Source: Dimorphilus gyrociliatus
Taxonomy: Eukaryota > Animalia > Annelida
DNA: 64,000 bases
Reading direction: 5' to 3'
NCBI GenBank assembly: GCA_904063045.1
Contig: CAJFCJ010000010.1
Span: 1,240,001-1,304,000, forward strand
Shown here: piece after piece, positions 13,943 to 28,455 of the stretch
Numbering within the stretch: the first letter of the stretch is position 1
Layout of the letters: the number at the start of each line of letters is the position of its first letter
The notes under the pieces: model-generated
Told to the model about the DNA's origin: nothing
Databases searched by the model: none
Seen by the model: only the letters and a program-made list of their open reading frames with translations
Position numbers and translations under genes: made by a program

Positions 13943-16900
13943 ATGGTGAGCAAACGATTTTCTTTCTATAAACTCCACTAAAAACCATTTTCATTTCAAA
14001 GTAATTTAAATGCTAAATTTGATATATCCCATTAGAGAATTGATGAAGTTTTTCAATTAAGCTACTCGAATTGGAATAATAAAAATATTTCCCTATTTTT
14101 CTTTATTTTGATTCTTTATTATGGATAACAAACATTTTTTTATAGATATTTATAAATGATTTTCATCAATCCAAAGTCGTTAAAATAATTATCACAGTCT
14201 GAAATTCAGATTATAAAAATGATGGACTTCCAATTCCTCATTTCCATCAAATCATCTTTTCTCCATTGTTATTGCTTTTATAAAATATAAAGGAGATATA
14301 TATTTATGTGCACTGTATATTGTAGATATAGGCGTATGTGCAGACTACATAACATGTCCTTCTTTTTGTAACTTGGACGCTTTTAAAACGTTATTCTATA
14401 TATATATATATATATGTGTGTGTAATAATAATTATTCTGATCACAAGGTCTTTTCCTAGGCTAACAGTTTATTTCTATTAATCAAAAATATTTTCAACTA
14501 CTCCTCCAATCAATAATCAACAATTTCGAGGTTAACGAGATATTATATATGAAAAAGTAGAGATTTTGTAAGAAATAAGCACTTTAAGATTAATTAAAGT
14601 AATTTTTATTAAACAATAAATTCACTATTATGAATAATTCTATAATTAGTTCATAATGAATTAATAGTGAAACTTTAACAGGCAGAGGCTGCACTAGAAT
14701 TCCACCTTTCTTCAGATGAAATAGGTAGTTTATCGGATCTATCTGTAGATGAAGACGAATCAGCTGCGGTGTTGCCTCATCTCTCCAGACCTGAAAAAAT
14801 TTGCTCGAATAAGGATATTACACAAGAAAGTCATGGAAAAGTTGAAAAGTATTGCTCTAAATGTGATCAATTTCTTTGTTTAAATTGCGTTAAAGCACAT
14901 CATTTGACAAAGCTTACTAGAAATCATTTTCTTATTGATTATAAAGGAAGTTCAAAGAGCAAATCCGAAAAGCCATTGAGTAATTCAAAGAGAGAATGTT
15001 GTTCAAAACACAACAATGTAATGGATGAAAACTTACTGAGAGATAATTAATTTTTAAAACAAAATTTTTATCAATAGTTCATTGTAGCTTATTGAATATT
15101 TAAAAGTTAAGATTTCTTCTCTAAATTAACATCTTCACGATATTATATAATATTATGATAGATGGTTTTTTAAATAAGAGAGTCACATATCAAAGAGAAC
15201 ATAGTATTGGCAATAGAAAATATAAATAATTTAACATAGAAGGAGAGAATATTGCATAAATCATTTCCTCCCTCTCTCTATCATAGTTTGTTGAAATATT
15301 TCCAAAGTAATTTAGAATGGAACAGTAACGAAGAAAGAAGTTTCTCGTTTTTCTTCCCAGTTACTTCAAAGATAAAGAAATATTCTTTTTCTTTTTAGCT
15401 CTTTTTCTCCTTTTTTGACGCATTAAGCTGTAGTAAACAGATAAATACTGAAAAGTAGTTCTTTGATACGTTCTTCTTTGAATAGTTTTAAGAAGGTTTC
15501 TTTTTTTTTTGCATAAGGTTCTTAACAAAGTTTTTTTTCTTTAAATTTTAATTAAAATGTGTTTTTCTTTTCCTAAACGTACTTTTTCATCCATTAATGA
15601 AAAACAAAATAACCATCAAAGACTATAATTAAATGGTGGTGCTTTCAATGCAACTCTGCTATATGCGATGAGTGCCTTAAATCAACAGGATTTAATCATA
15701 TGAGTCACAATGTCGCTGATATAGAAGATGCTGCTCATCTTCATATTGAACGACAATCCGAATTGACAAGCGAATTAACGAAAAAGCTAGCTGAATGTAA
15801 CGGACATATCCATGTAGCATCTCAATTACAGGCGGTATTAGAGAACAATGCTATTGAAGTTGGCCATCAGATAGAAACCTTAACGACTACTCTACATAAC
15901 CAAATTGAAGCGCAAAAACAACGTCTTCTACATAAAATTCATACAACAAGACAACAAAACGTTATGGCTCTTCAACGCCATCTATCAAATTTAGGCTCAT
16001 TTCAAAAGAACCTCCTATATGTCTACAGAAAGCATTGTGACTCTTTCGACAATCATAATACCAATAGTGAGATTTTAAATTTTGGGGTAGAGCTGAAAAA
16101 TATTTTAGAATATGATACAAAATTTGATTATGAAACTAATGTTATCACTTTAAAACCTGCAACATTTGAAGGCGGCCCATCAAATTTAATAGGAAGTTTA
16201 CATATTCAAAATTCTCCCCTCTTAAGCTCGGATACAAATGAGTCTCATTTATCGCGCTCTTTTCCAAGAAGTTATTTAGAAATAGGATTAAACAAAAGCA
16301 AGAAAAAATCGTCAGTAGAATTACCTTTGTCTATGTCCCTCTCCTCATCTTTCAGAAGACATTCCCTATTTAAGAGAAATGTCTGTCTTAAACCTATCTT
16401 TCAATTTGACATTTACGACAGCCTACAACTTACATGTCTCTTACTCTATGACAAGCATCAAATATTTTTAACTGGTCGAAAAGGTGATATTGGTATCATG
16501 CAGATATATGAGAAGCAAGGGAAATACCTTAAAACAATTTTGGATTCTGGTGATGCCTTTCAAATGGCTGGAAATAGGAAAAACTCAAAAATTTTTATTA
16601 CTGAACCAGATAAACGTATCCTCACGAAGATGAGATCAAAAGATTTTAACGTTAAAACATTGGTAACTAATAAACGGGTATTAGGCGTCACAGTTAATAG
16701 CGAAGCTGACGTTATATTCTCAGATGCAGAGACAAGATGTATTTATAAATGCTCTAATAATGGTCAAAATATTAAACTACTAATCAAGAGTGAAGGAATC
16801 AATCATTCGTTTAAAAAACCAGTTTATTTGACAACAGATACAATGGATAATATTTATATTACTGATATAGAAACAAATCACGTCATTTGCTTCAGACAAA

Positions 16901-17193
16901 ACGCAGAAATGCTTTTTAAATATGGGGGCCCAAAGCATTTAAACAAACCTGGTCAAGTCTGCATTGATAAAGATGGATTTGTATTGGTAGCAGATGAAAA
17001 TAACGATAGGATTGTTTTATTAGACGATCAAGGAAAGTTTGTGAAAGTTTTACTCGATTCGAAGAATGATTTATGCAAACCGGTTTGCCTTGCGTTAGAT
17101 TTTATTAAGCAACCCCGCCTATTTGTTGGAGAAAGTTGTGGGGTTGTAAAAGTGTTCAAATATTTAACAAATGAGGATAAAGAAAATCAATAA
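13943..17193 (+). CDS. RING-less TRIM-NHL-like protein (B-box1, B-box2, coiled coil, NHL beta-propeller), about 636 aa
   Basis: Exons 13943-13945 (ATG|GTGAG), 14682-15017, 15622-17193. Starts MAEAALEF. B-box1 YCSKCDQFLCLNCVKAH..TRNHFL; B-box2 CSKHNN/TIIKWWCFQCNSAICDECL..HMSHNV; helical coiled-coil region; NHL repeats FKKPVYLTTD..IYITD, LNKPGQVCIDKDGFVLVAD, LCKPVCLALD. No RING or filamin domain visible. Confidence 0.85.
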
Positions 17194-18594
17194 TTTAACA
17201 GTTTCCCCTCCTATTACGATATTATAACGATATGGAATATATAATGAGGATTACGAGCTGTTAGACTCTAATTATATACATATATTATATACAAACGAAC
17301 TTTAGTCCTAAAACGTAATTATCCACTAACTTATAACATTAAATGATTTAAGGTGTGACAATATGAAAGTCGCTCATTATCAAAAGTCACGTGTGTTGTG
17401 CTTATTTTGACCTAATAAAGAACAGGAGAATATAGAATTTAGACGTACTTGTATTTCATCCCTTATTCTTATCCATCCAGCTCTCTTTTAATAATCATTA
17501 TGTGGATCTTATTAGCATAAAGAAGTATTAACTTTAAATATTAAACAGGCAGTTACATATTTCAGCGAGCGTCTTGCTTTTGTTCGTTATTCTTTAGAGT
17601 ACCTATATATTTAGTATTTACTTTTATTCTAATGGATTACATATCTATTCTAATGTAACAGAATTATTAGGTCAGTCAGGAGCATATATAAAGTATTAGT
17701 TTAATCAATATTGTAAATTTTCAATAATCAGGATCTCTAGGAATTAAGCAGCCGTCTGGTCTACTGATTAGATTTTAGTCTTTTTATAATATAACAGCCA
17801 ACGTTTATGGGGTAGAAACACTTAAATGTTTAAGAATCCTCAACAATCAATTATCAATAAAGGAGAAGAATGAAGTAGGCTGTTTATGTCAGCTCTTCTT
17901 ATTCCAACAGTTTACTATTAACTTATATACATATAAAAAGAAAGAGGAATAACCAAAAACAAAACAAAAAAGTACATTTCTTTATTTACAGTTCAATATT
18001 TTGGCTAAAACTGTTTACCCAGAGAACGCATTAGTGACGACGAGTGATGTAAACAGTAAAATTGAAGAGTCGATTAAAACTCTTCTTGCTATAATAACTA
18101 AAAGTAGATTGGTTAATACAAATAGTATTAATTAATGAATAAATATAATAAGATATAAAGAATTGAAATTAATTAGTTTTTAATATATAAATGTATATAT
18201 ATTCTGTATATATACATATACATTTTCATACATTTACTGTCTCTTTTCCCGCATCAATTTCCTCGTGTAAGTTCTATTAAATAATATAAACTATAAGGGA
18301 GATGATGTGTAATCAGGACAATTAATTCTACAAATATGTATTTAATGTAGGATTATGCTTTTCATTACGTATTTCAAGAGAGAGAGAGAGGATGAAAACT
18401 TTGACTATCAAGTTGAAAAATTGATTTGTATTCCATCGCAAAAGTATGATTTAGCACATCAAAAACGAGAAAGTTACTAAAATTACAATACAATATATTT
18501 AAATAGAAAATTTAAAAGATAAAAAAGAAATGTTATATTCATACATTTACAGAACCAATTAGAAAAAATGTTCTTTATTCGTTGATTAGATGAT

Positions 18595-20094
18595 TTACAA
18601 TCTGGTTTCCCCAGTCATTGACACTCTTCTACTAAATCTGATTTCAGCTTCTTTCAAGAAACAGAAAACTTGATGTAGATTTTTTCTAAACCTCTTGCTT
18701 AGTACTGAATAAATGATAAAATTGACAGCCGAATTTACATTCAGCAATAGTTTGGCTATATGTTCTATATAGAATAAGGGACATCTACAATAATTGCAGA
18801 GAGTATACCGCAATAACATAAAAATTGTTATAGGAAACTGACAAATTATAGTAACTCCTACAACGACAAGAAGAATAAATGTCACCTCATTCTGTCGTTT
18901 CATTGCTTCGTTTCTTTGCTCTTTACTCATTTTATTCTTAGATAAAGCTCTGGTTCTTCGTGATCTGAGAACCCAAAGGATTTTACCTGTCATTAGTATA
19001 AGTAGCAAAAGAGGAGCATACACTTGAAATATGCTGGTTAAAACTTGCTTATAAAGGAGTTTATAATTATAGCTATTGCCAAATAGTGTTTTATTTTCTC
19101 TTAGATATCCTGATTCTTCTCTATAGATGTTATATTCGAAAAAGACGGGAATATTAAAGCAGATAATGGAAAAAAACGCTATGGCAACGTAGATCTTACA
19201 ACTTTCCACTTTCCAAGTAAATTTAGCCTTATCCGGTATACAAACAGCCCAAAATCTAATGTATTGATATTTTATAAAGAATAATAAGAATATTTTAGTT
19301 TTTGTTAAGAAAATGTAACTATTTAATTTTAAAAATTAGTTAAATCTATTTAATTATTAAAACAAAAGATGAAAATTACAAACGTAATTATCTTATTAAA
19401 TAATTTTTAACAACAAACTATTATTTATCATTTACTACAGTTTACCATTTATATTAATTATCAACAAGGCTTAGCATTATTAAGGCGTTATAGACCAAAA
19501 AAAATGCTATTAGCGTAAACTGATAATATTTCAAACGTATTTTTATTTTCTAATATATAACTTGAACTAGATTTATTGGAGTCTAGTTCACTTATTTTCA
19601 TCTTTACGTGGTAATGATCTCAACGGATATAAGCCTAAACAGTTTTTCGTTTTAGGATATTATTTTTAGTTGAAAGCTCTCTCTGAGAAAAGTTTATAAA
19701 ATATCAATGCATAAAACCGATTAGCTGCAATGAGGACTGATGTCCATAAGCTAAACATATGAAATATTGGAACCAAAATCCAGAAATATCTTATGTAAGG
19801 CCAGCTTGCCCACCAATTGGTGCAGCCACCAAAAAAATCACAACCGTAGGGAATTCCATCAACAAACATGATAGTAGTAAGTAATACAAGATCACTTAAA
19901 GCAAGGGTTTGTAATAAGAAAACGGCTGCACTAGATTTCTCTTTTGTAAAGGCGATAAAGGATACAATGTTACCAGGTATTCCTAAACAGCATAATAAAG
20001 AGTGAAATATCGTCCAAATTACGAAAAGAAACGTGGTACACTTTGGATAGAATTTTTCAACTGATGCCGTCGTCATCTCGAATGTGTCACCCAT
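18595..20094 (-). CDS. Class A peptide GPCR, FMRFamide-receptor-like clade, 345 aa
   Basis: Exons 20094-19718 and 19255-18595, phase-2 intron in the NR|F codon region. Seven hydrophobic segments: GIPGNIVSF, LALSDL, ANRFWAVC, FNIP, ICQFP, NVNSAVNFIIY (the NFxxY typical of this clade). C-terminus GETRL. Confidence 0.9.
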
Positions 20095-23000
20095 GCCTTT
20101 TAGTTTATTTTAACGAATTCAGTGTAACAACAGTCTTTAATATCTGCAGATAAAAAATATCACATGGTATTTGTATTTTGTTTTTGTACATGCTAAAGAC
20201 AAAATATGCTGTATAAAAATCTTGTTCGTTGTGCGAACGATACGCATATTGTATATATCTATATACAGCCTGATCTGTGCAATTCTATACATATATCTAT
20301 ATATATATATATATTCAGATATATAACATAAATATACAGATACACACAGTATATAGCTTGATACATACAATTTTATGTGGCAGATATATTAAAATAGTTA
20401 CATTTTAGCCTCAACTTACGTTTATCATTCAGAATTACAGCTTTGACTTTGACAGAAGAGTATTTGTTATCTACTGTACATGTGTACTCGTACATTCAAT
20501 GTACATAATAACTCTGAGAATCTCGTTTATAATTAGAATAGTGGCCAGTAAAAAACTACTATTGGCCTACTCTAGTTTACCATCTCCTTTCTATTTTATC
20601 AATACTTACTAAGAGAGTTGATTGGTTCTTTCCAGCTAAGCTCTTTTACAGCGCCTCTTTTGTACTATGTCAATCTGATAAAAAAAAGCAAATAAATTAT
20701 ACTTGAAAATGTTTACGAACTTGTTTGCAAACTTCCCGCCCAATTATACTTATTTTCCATTAGACGGAATCGGAAGTGAATTTTATAACATGTGCAAGAC
20801 AGCCTTTAAAAATGATAGGGTAAAATCGACTGTCGGTTTGCATAAAGGATTTTGGGAATTGTAAAGCTACTTGAGGCTATTAGACTTATAAATAGACAAT
20901 TTGTAATAGAGTTTCTTAACCTTTCTAGTAATTTCCATAAATAATTTCGATTTGCAACAAATATTCAAATCCAAATATAGGCTTTAATTCTCCATCAAAA
21001 TCTTTAGAAATGCTAAATTGAATGTCTAAATCGGAACTGAGTGAAAAATATTCGTATAAGGAAAAAAAAAGAAGATACTTATCGTAATTTTAATTACAAA
21101 GACTTTGTAAAAAGTTTCCTATCCTTTAAAAAAAAAAGAAAAGAAGATATATTTCACTAAAATAATACTACGCTGATATTTTTACAAAGAGACGCAACAG
21201 AAAGCTAATTATTCTTTTATCTCATTTTGAGATAAATGATTCCAGGATAACATTTTCACATCATAAAGTTAACTTTTAAATGACTATTAAAATTAGCTTT
21301 ATCTATTTAGGAATTAAACCAATAATGAGTAAATGATATTCAAATTGTTAACAGTATGGTAATTATTCCATTCAGTTAATTAATATAATATTTTCTTATA
21401 TTTGACATTGTTTAGTGACTAAATACCCTTGAAAACTTAGTTATTAACAAATTACACTACACGGTTGGTTAACAACTCATTAGAACTAAATTTTAAAAAT
21501 GTCACCTTTGACATTATTATCGAAAATGATAAAATTAGCTTTTGATAGTAATCTTACCTTTTCTATTGAATGAAATAAAAAAAAATGCTGATTTCACTTT
21601 GACTTCTTTTACGTTCCCTTCAAAATATTTTATAGTAAAGTAAAAGATATATAGGAAAGCACTATAGAGGTCTCTGATGAGTTGTTTACACATTATTTTT
21701 TTGTGATGGTTATCGGATAATGCATATATATTCAATTTTATTCTACAACTTTTCTCTTCAACTAACAAGAGAAAATTTGGCTTATTAACAATAAGAAAAG
21801 TCTTAATTAAGAGTTTTTCCTAAATACAATTTACATCAAATATATAGACTACTGTAAAAACAAATATATTTCTTTCCTTGTGCTATGTACTATAAGAACA
21901 ATTCAACAAACCAAAACTCACTTTTATAATGTTTTAAAAGAACAATAATAATGATAAGAATAGTAATATTTTAATTATAAACTGTTTTCTTTACTTTCCC
22001 TTCTAAAGATGAACTTTTTAATTATTTATTTATAAAAATTTATTCATTGAGAAAAGAATAGTTTTAATCTTTGCCTTAGGTATTAAAAATAATGAAAAAT
22101 TTCACACTTTTATAATTAATTTGTCATTTTAAATAGAAACTATCATTATTGAATGAACTTTTCGAAATTTAATACCAAGAAAATAGATTTCGTTTAGTTT
22201 CGGTTTACAGTCTAATTTAAAGTTGAAAATATCAAAATATAAAACATCTACAAACTCCATCATTCATCTGAAAAAGGCATCATTTATGTTTGAATATTCA
22301 TCTTAATTTTAAGGATCACTATGTTTAGATATATGTATATCGTTTACGATTTTATGCAAATATGTTATACGTCCATATCAACTTCCCTTTGAAGAATTAT
22401 TAAATTACTTATTGAACATATCTTCAGTTCCTTCGTATTCAATGCTTTTAATCTAAAAACAGATTCATAACAAGCATAATCTTTTAGCATAGCGTTGAAA
22501 GATTACTCACTCTTTCGTCTTTTGTTTCCTTATTTTATTCTTTTATGTATAAGAGAAATAGCACTTTTATATCTAACATGTATATGGATTTCAAAGTACT
22601 TTTGAGTAAGTTATTGTTAAAATAAATCAGTCATGTGAATCATTTGCGATTTTTGTATCGTGGATAGAAATCTGCATGAGGAGATTTTAAAAATTCTCTA
22701 TCTTTCTTTGATAAAACTACTTTTATTCGATAAGGCAACAAATAATACTTACAGACTGTTTTATATCAATGTAAAATTCTCTTAGTTAACTGTACATATT
22801 ATAAATCTCCTTTCTAAAAATATCTAACAGACTTCCTCAATACACTAAGAAAAGCAAACAAAAACTAAAGAGATAACCTAATAACCATATCGTTAATAAC
22901 TATTTCTTAGTAAATTTAAATTATTCACATTTCTCATGCCAATTAAAAGAGGTAAGCAAAATTTACTATTTATTTAAGACATCTGTGTAAAAGACAGATA

Positions 23001-26000
23001 ACTTAACATTTATTTAAAAAATATTGATATTTTTGTAAATTAGAAATTGGCAATGTAAAAATTGCAGTGGTTATATTAAAAGTATAATCAAACCTCAACT
23101 AAAATAAACAAATTTCAAAATCTAAACAACCAACTCTTGACAGAAAACAGTTTTTGCTTAATAAGATTATTGTTGGATGCCAGAAATATAAAAGTTATTA
23201 AACTTGATATTATACACTGTACTCCCGATTTTCCTCTTTCTTTCAAATAAAAACTTTTTCCAAAATAACTATTGGCGCTTTAATCATTAAGATATAAATA
23301 TTTATATATATTAATCATAAAGTAGTACTGTAAGTAAGAAATATACCAAAGTCTTTATATCATCAATTATATTTACTATTAACCAAGTTACTTTTCCCAT
23401 TTACCAAAACTATTTTTTTCATTGCTAATTAAACTGAATATTTTCAATATTTTCAATCATCATTAATCTTTCGTTGACAGATTATCTATTTAAATTCTAC
23501 ATTATTCAAAATCTAATTTATATCTAATAATTACAATTTTCAGTTTTATATTTCTATAAATATATGTCAATAATTTGAATTCGTCTGAAAGTATAGATTG
23601 CTTTGACAAAATATCTTAGTACAAGAGTTCATCAACAAGTTACAGGCTTCAAAATTGAAAGATTTATTAAATAACTTCAAAATTTACCAACAATTTAGAC
23701 GATCCTATCAATTTAAATGACACTTTCCTTTCATTTTTAGCTAAAGCAGCTTCATTGTAATAAGATAACATTTTATGTTGAATTTCGTTAGAAAATGACT
23801 TCTTAACAATTCAAGAGTTTTATAACTATTAAGTACCATTGATACTAAAAATTAAAGATTATCTACAACGATATCTTTATTCGTATAATCTTGTGTGATT
23901 TATAGAGTGGTCAACTTTCGTAACGGGTACTTTTTCACCATTATTGCATTTAAAAGATATCTTTGTTGATAACATGTTTTTTTCATCCTGTTCTTAGGGA
24001 CAATCCTGCTTTCCGTCATACATGTAAATGAAGACGTCATTTTCTTTAAATGAAACAAGCCTAGCATACTTTTTCAATAATTGTTAAAACTGAAATCTTT
24101 CTATATATAGACTCATGAATTTTATTCTGTTGTATGTAAATCATATATTAATTTTATTTCAGAAATAGATTTGTCAAAGATCGTGTATACATAAAAGTTT
24201 TACCTCTTAAATGTACTGTTAATGTGTTATTAGGCAAGTATAAATTTACAAACTTTAATGTAAACGTGACATATTTTATTCATAAGAATGAAACGGAAAT
24301 AAATATAAGTGCCAGCGCATAAAGTAGCATTTCGAGTTCTTGAAAACAGTATCCCAAACGTTTTTTTCATTAATTTATCATCCTTTATTTAAATTCTTCG
24401 CCGTTTTAATTTAGCACTCAATTGTGTGCCAGTTTTTTGTCACATCCGCGATAACATCACAAAGCACTGCCATGAAGATATACTAAGCTGATAGGTGCTA
24501 TCTATGGTAATAATACTTATAATTTACTTAGAGACATTGCAACGGCATATTGGATGCAGGCTAGGCTATTATCTGTTGTTTACTAATAGAGAAAGATGCT
24601 TCTCTCATATTGCTTTTTGAAATTTTCTTCTCTTTAATATAGTTTAATATGTCACTTCATTTAAAAACCTTTACTTCAATTATCTATAATCCTTATCAAT
24701 AGAATCCGTCTAGTTATCATTATTCTGTGTGGAGTTTACTATACTCTATTGCAAATAGAGAATGTTCACGTTTCAGTTCACCTAATCATTTGATCAAGGG
24801 AGCTGCATAGAATAAGTCCATTGTTTTTAAGCAGCAAAGGAGAAAAAAATACCATTTTATAGAGAAAAGAAATATTTTAAATTTAAGAGAAATTCAAAGA
24901 TTTTCAATGTATTTACTTCTGAGAAAACATTTCATATCTCATCAATATTTGCAGTAAAACAAAATATATTTCCGATTGCTGTTGAAGAAAAATAGTGCAA
25001 GAATGTTGAAATACTAAGCTTATGGAAGAAGATAAAGATTATGTTGTGGAAGTCTCGCAGGAGAGCAAAATTTAAGATCTTAAAAACCTTGAATATTTCT
25101 TTAAAATCATTGTAATGGATACGTCATTTTGAATTTATTGATAAATGTCTTTTAGAGCTGTTATATTGTATTTGGATTTAGAATGCTTATTCTTTCATGA
25201 CAATGTACATTTATAAGAGACACGTTTTTCATTTTAAAGATTTATCTTCTTCTCGTTTTCGTTCTCAATCAGTCAAAGAAAGCAAAGAATTGATAGAAGA
25301 TTCGTCCATAAAAACAGTTGTAACGTAATAACTACCGAAACTCGCTGAGTTTTAAAGTTACAGAATAAATGCATAAAGCGACTTAAATACTTAAAGCAAC
25401 TACATAATTATTAACATAACTTTACAGTGAATGAGCTATATTAAATTATTAGAATAAGGGGATGCTACAGTAACTTTAATGATACATAGTGGACACCGTT
25501 ATACGTAAAGACGTTATGAAATGTAGACGGAGCTATTAGTATAACTCCAAGTATATCTTACAATATATATTTTTTTGTGCGTTTTCAAATAGAATATCCA
25601 GATGGATTATTACTTTATTAAAGTACCAAAATCTCATGACTTATATTTGGAGAGAAAGATATCAAGTTAAAATTATCCAACTAATCAAAAAATGATGTTT
25701 CTTAACTTTGTTTAAATAATTTTGTGATTTTTATATCATGATAATTTCTTATTGATTTTATAACTCTCAATCTTCATTAGCTTATCTCTCTATGAGAATG
25801 ACAAACTAGAGAATTTGAAAGCTCTCTTTGATGAATAAATCAAACAATAAATCAAACAATACACCTATTCTACTTATTATCAATTAAGCTATTACAACTT
25901 GAAGGAAATCTCTCCACGTTCGAAACGCCCTATAGGTTTGGAAAGAGAATCTTCAAGAGAAAATATCCATCATCAATAAAAAAAATATTACTACTTCCAC

Positions 26001-28455
26001 CAATAAATAACTATTTTACAATTATATTTCCCATTAACGATAAATACAATTTCGCAATTGATGAAACAAATAATTTTGAATATATTCAATCATAATAAAT
26101 CTTTCCCTGACAACTTTTCACTTTAAAGGTTACATCGTTTAACATCTAATACATTTATATCAATTACAATATAAAAATAACAAAAATCCACATTATCTGA
26201 CTTAGAATAGTGAATTTATGTCTTTCTCTACAAATTCAGTTTTATGTTGACGTGTTGATTGCTTCGATAATAAACTTTCATTCAACAAGAGTGATATTTC
26301 TTTAATTTGCCTATACGACAACACTTTTTGAATTGACTGATTCAGTTATGAAGTGAGAATCTTCATATTCGTATTTGTATATATTAGTACTTCCAATTAA
26401 GTTATGTTACCCAGTTGTCGAAACAATTTGAATTCGGTTAAATAAGGAAAATCAATGCATAGTAATTCTTGTTATTAGTCTCCATAAGTGCTTAAGACAT
26501 CTATTGATTGATGAAAGATAGGTCAATATATCCATTGATACAAAAACGGAGGTACGGAAATTTATATAGGTACAGAAAATTAGTTGTTAGAATCTCATTA
26601 CTTTCATTGACGCATTCAATAAAAGTCGTTATAAATTCTATCAATTGATCAACATTTGATCATAATAATTTAGGAAACAACTTCTTAAAATGAATTTTTC
26701 TTGATGGAATGAAAAAAATAATTAGAAAAAAGATTATCGAGAATTGGTTATATGCAAAGTGGAAGAGTAGTGAATTTAATCATCGCCTTAAACGCAATTT
26801 ATAAAAGAATCAAATACAAATTAAACTGAAAATTGCATTAACTGTAACAGTACATAAATTTTGAACATTAAATTTTTAGCTTTTTGAAGAACGGAGAATA
26901 TTTTATTTTAATATATGCGCAAAAATAGTATAGTATACAGATAGATAGAAAACCAGCATATAAATTTCTGGTAGATAAATGTTTGTCATTACTCTTGTAT
27001 AGACTTGCAGGTTTGCCATTCGCTATAACGTCCTCCTCCCCTCCCCTCCTATCCCATCCTTTCCCTTTTCAGTATATTTAAATATTTAAAAGGGAAATGC
27101 TACTATTTTAGAAATTATTTTAGCATATATTTATCAAAAGGAATTTTCATTAGCAGTTAGATAATCTCTTTGAAATCAGAAACATCACGTTTGATCGCAA
27201 TAAAACTGAAGTTTCAATTTTATTATTCTCTTTAATATATATAAAACCCTTTGATAATCTTGATGCTTCAAAATTACAGAGAATGATCTCATTTTCAACA
27301 TAATCTTTATTTTATGCATTGAAATACTTTTTATAGTTTTATATCGCAAGTTGAAAGCCAAATGAAGTATATTAAATTAAATGGATCACCTTAGCACCTT
27401 TGTTACATGCTTACAACATTACAACATTTTTATTCAATTCTTTTTGTAAGTATGTACTTTCCTTTTTGTGAATACTGCTTTTTTGGCCTAACTCTTAATT
27501 ATTACAATCCGAATCCATATAAGTTTATTTTGCCTTTATCTAAATATCCTTTATAGTAACAGATTTATGTTGTATTGTAGGAGATGTCTAAAATTTATGA
27601 TCCAGTTTCCAGCTTTTTTCATTGATTTTCATGAAGAAATTTAAAAACGCTTCTTATTACTTAGATTACAAGGTAAGACAATAGTATCTAATTTTCATTA
27701 AGGTAAACGAATAGAGTAAATTATTCGAACAAAATACATTTTGATACACAGAATAGAGCTAACTTCATAAAAATGAAACAACACAACTTGTCCTTATTCA
27801 ATCTAAGCTTGTCAATTGAAAGAAGTCTATATTCATGGAAAGTATATTTACGATGGCATAAAAAAATTGTCCAAATGGATTAGATGAAAAAAAACTGTCA
27901 AAAGCGAATGATAATTTATGAGTTCAACGAAATTTTGCGACAGATAAAAGTAATGAAATGAACTGTGGTAAATATATCTTTATATTCCCTAAAAACGTAT
28001 TAATATCACTTATATCTAAAAGGTAAAAATCATTCATTTTTCTCGGAAATAGGTTTTACGGCGAAACTCTAACAATGATAACGAATTGCTATTACAATAA
28101 CTTACAATGTCTTTTGTATTCTAAAATATGTGAAAGTTGCAGGACCGCTGGTTTATGTTATTAGTAATTGTTTCAAAATAGTTATGAACTATTACTTGAA
28201 ATATTGAATAATCTTATTGTCAAAGATAGATCTGATATTTCCAGGAAATTTATCTCTGAATACGCCATATAGAAATAAGAAAGGAATTTGTTTTATTCTT
28301 TTTATATTATAACGACCGAATAAGTAAAATATAGTAAAGTACAGAATTATGAAGATTTATTGGCAAACTAAGAAATGACATGAGTTTTACAATTTTTATC
28401 AATAAATCTTGTTATTAATTGCCTTTAATTTAATTATGTTCTCTTAACAAAACTC

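Noticed and set aside
21535-26800. Large minus-strand pseudogene or endogenous viral polymerase
   Set aside because: Translations look protein-like, but stops occur about every 10-14 codons, as expected for random DNA of this AT content. No RdRp, RT, transposase or P-loop motif was found, and the exon-like pieces do not join in phase.
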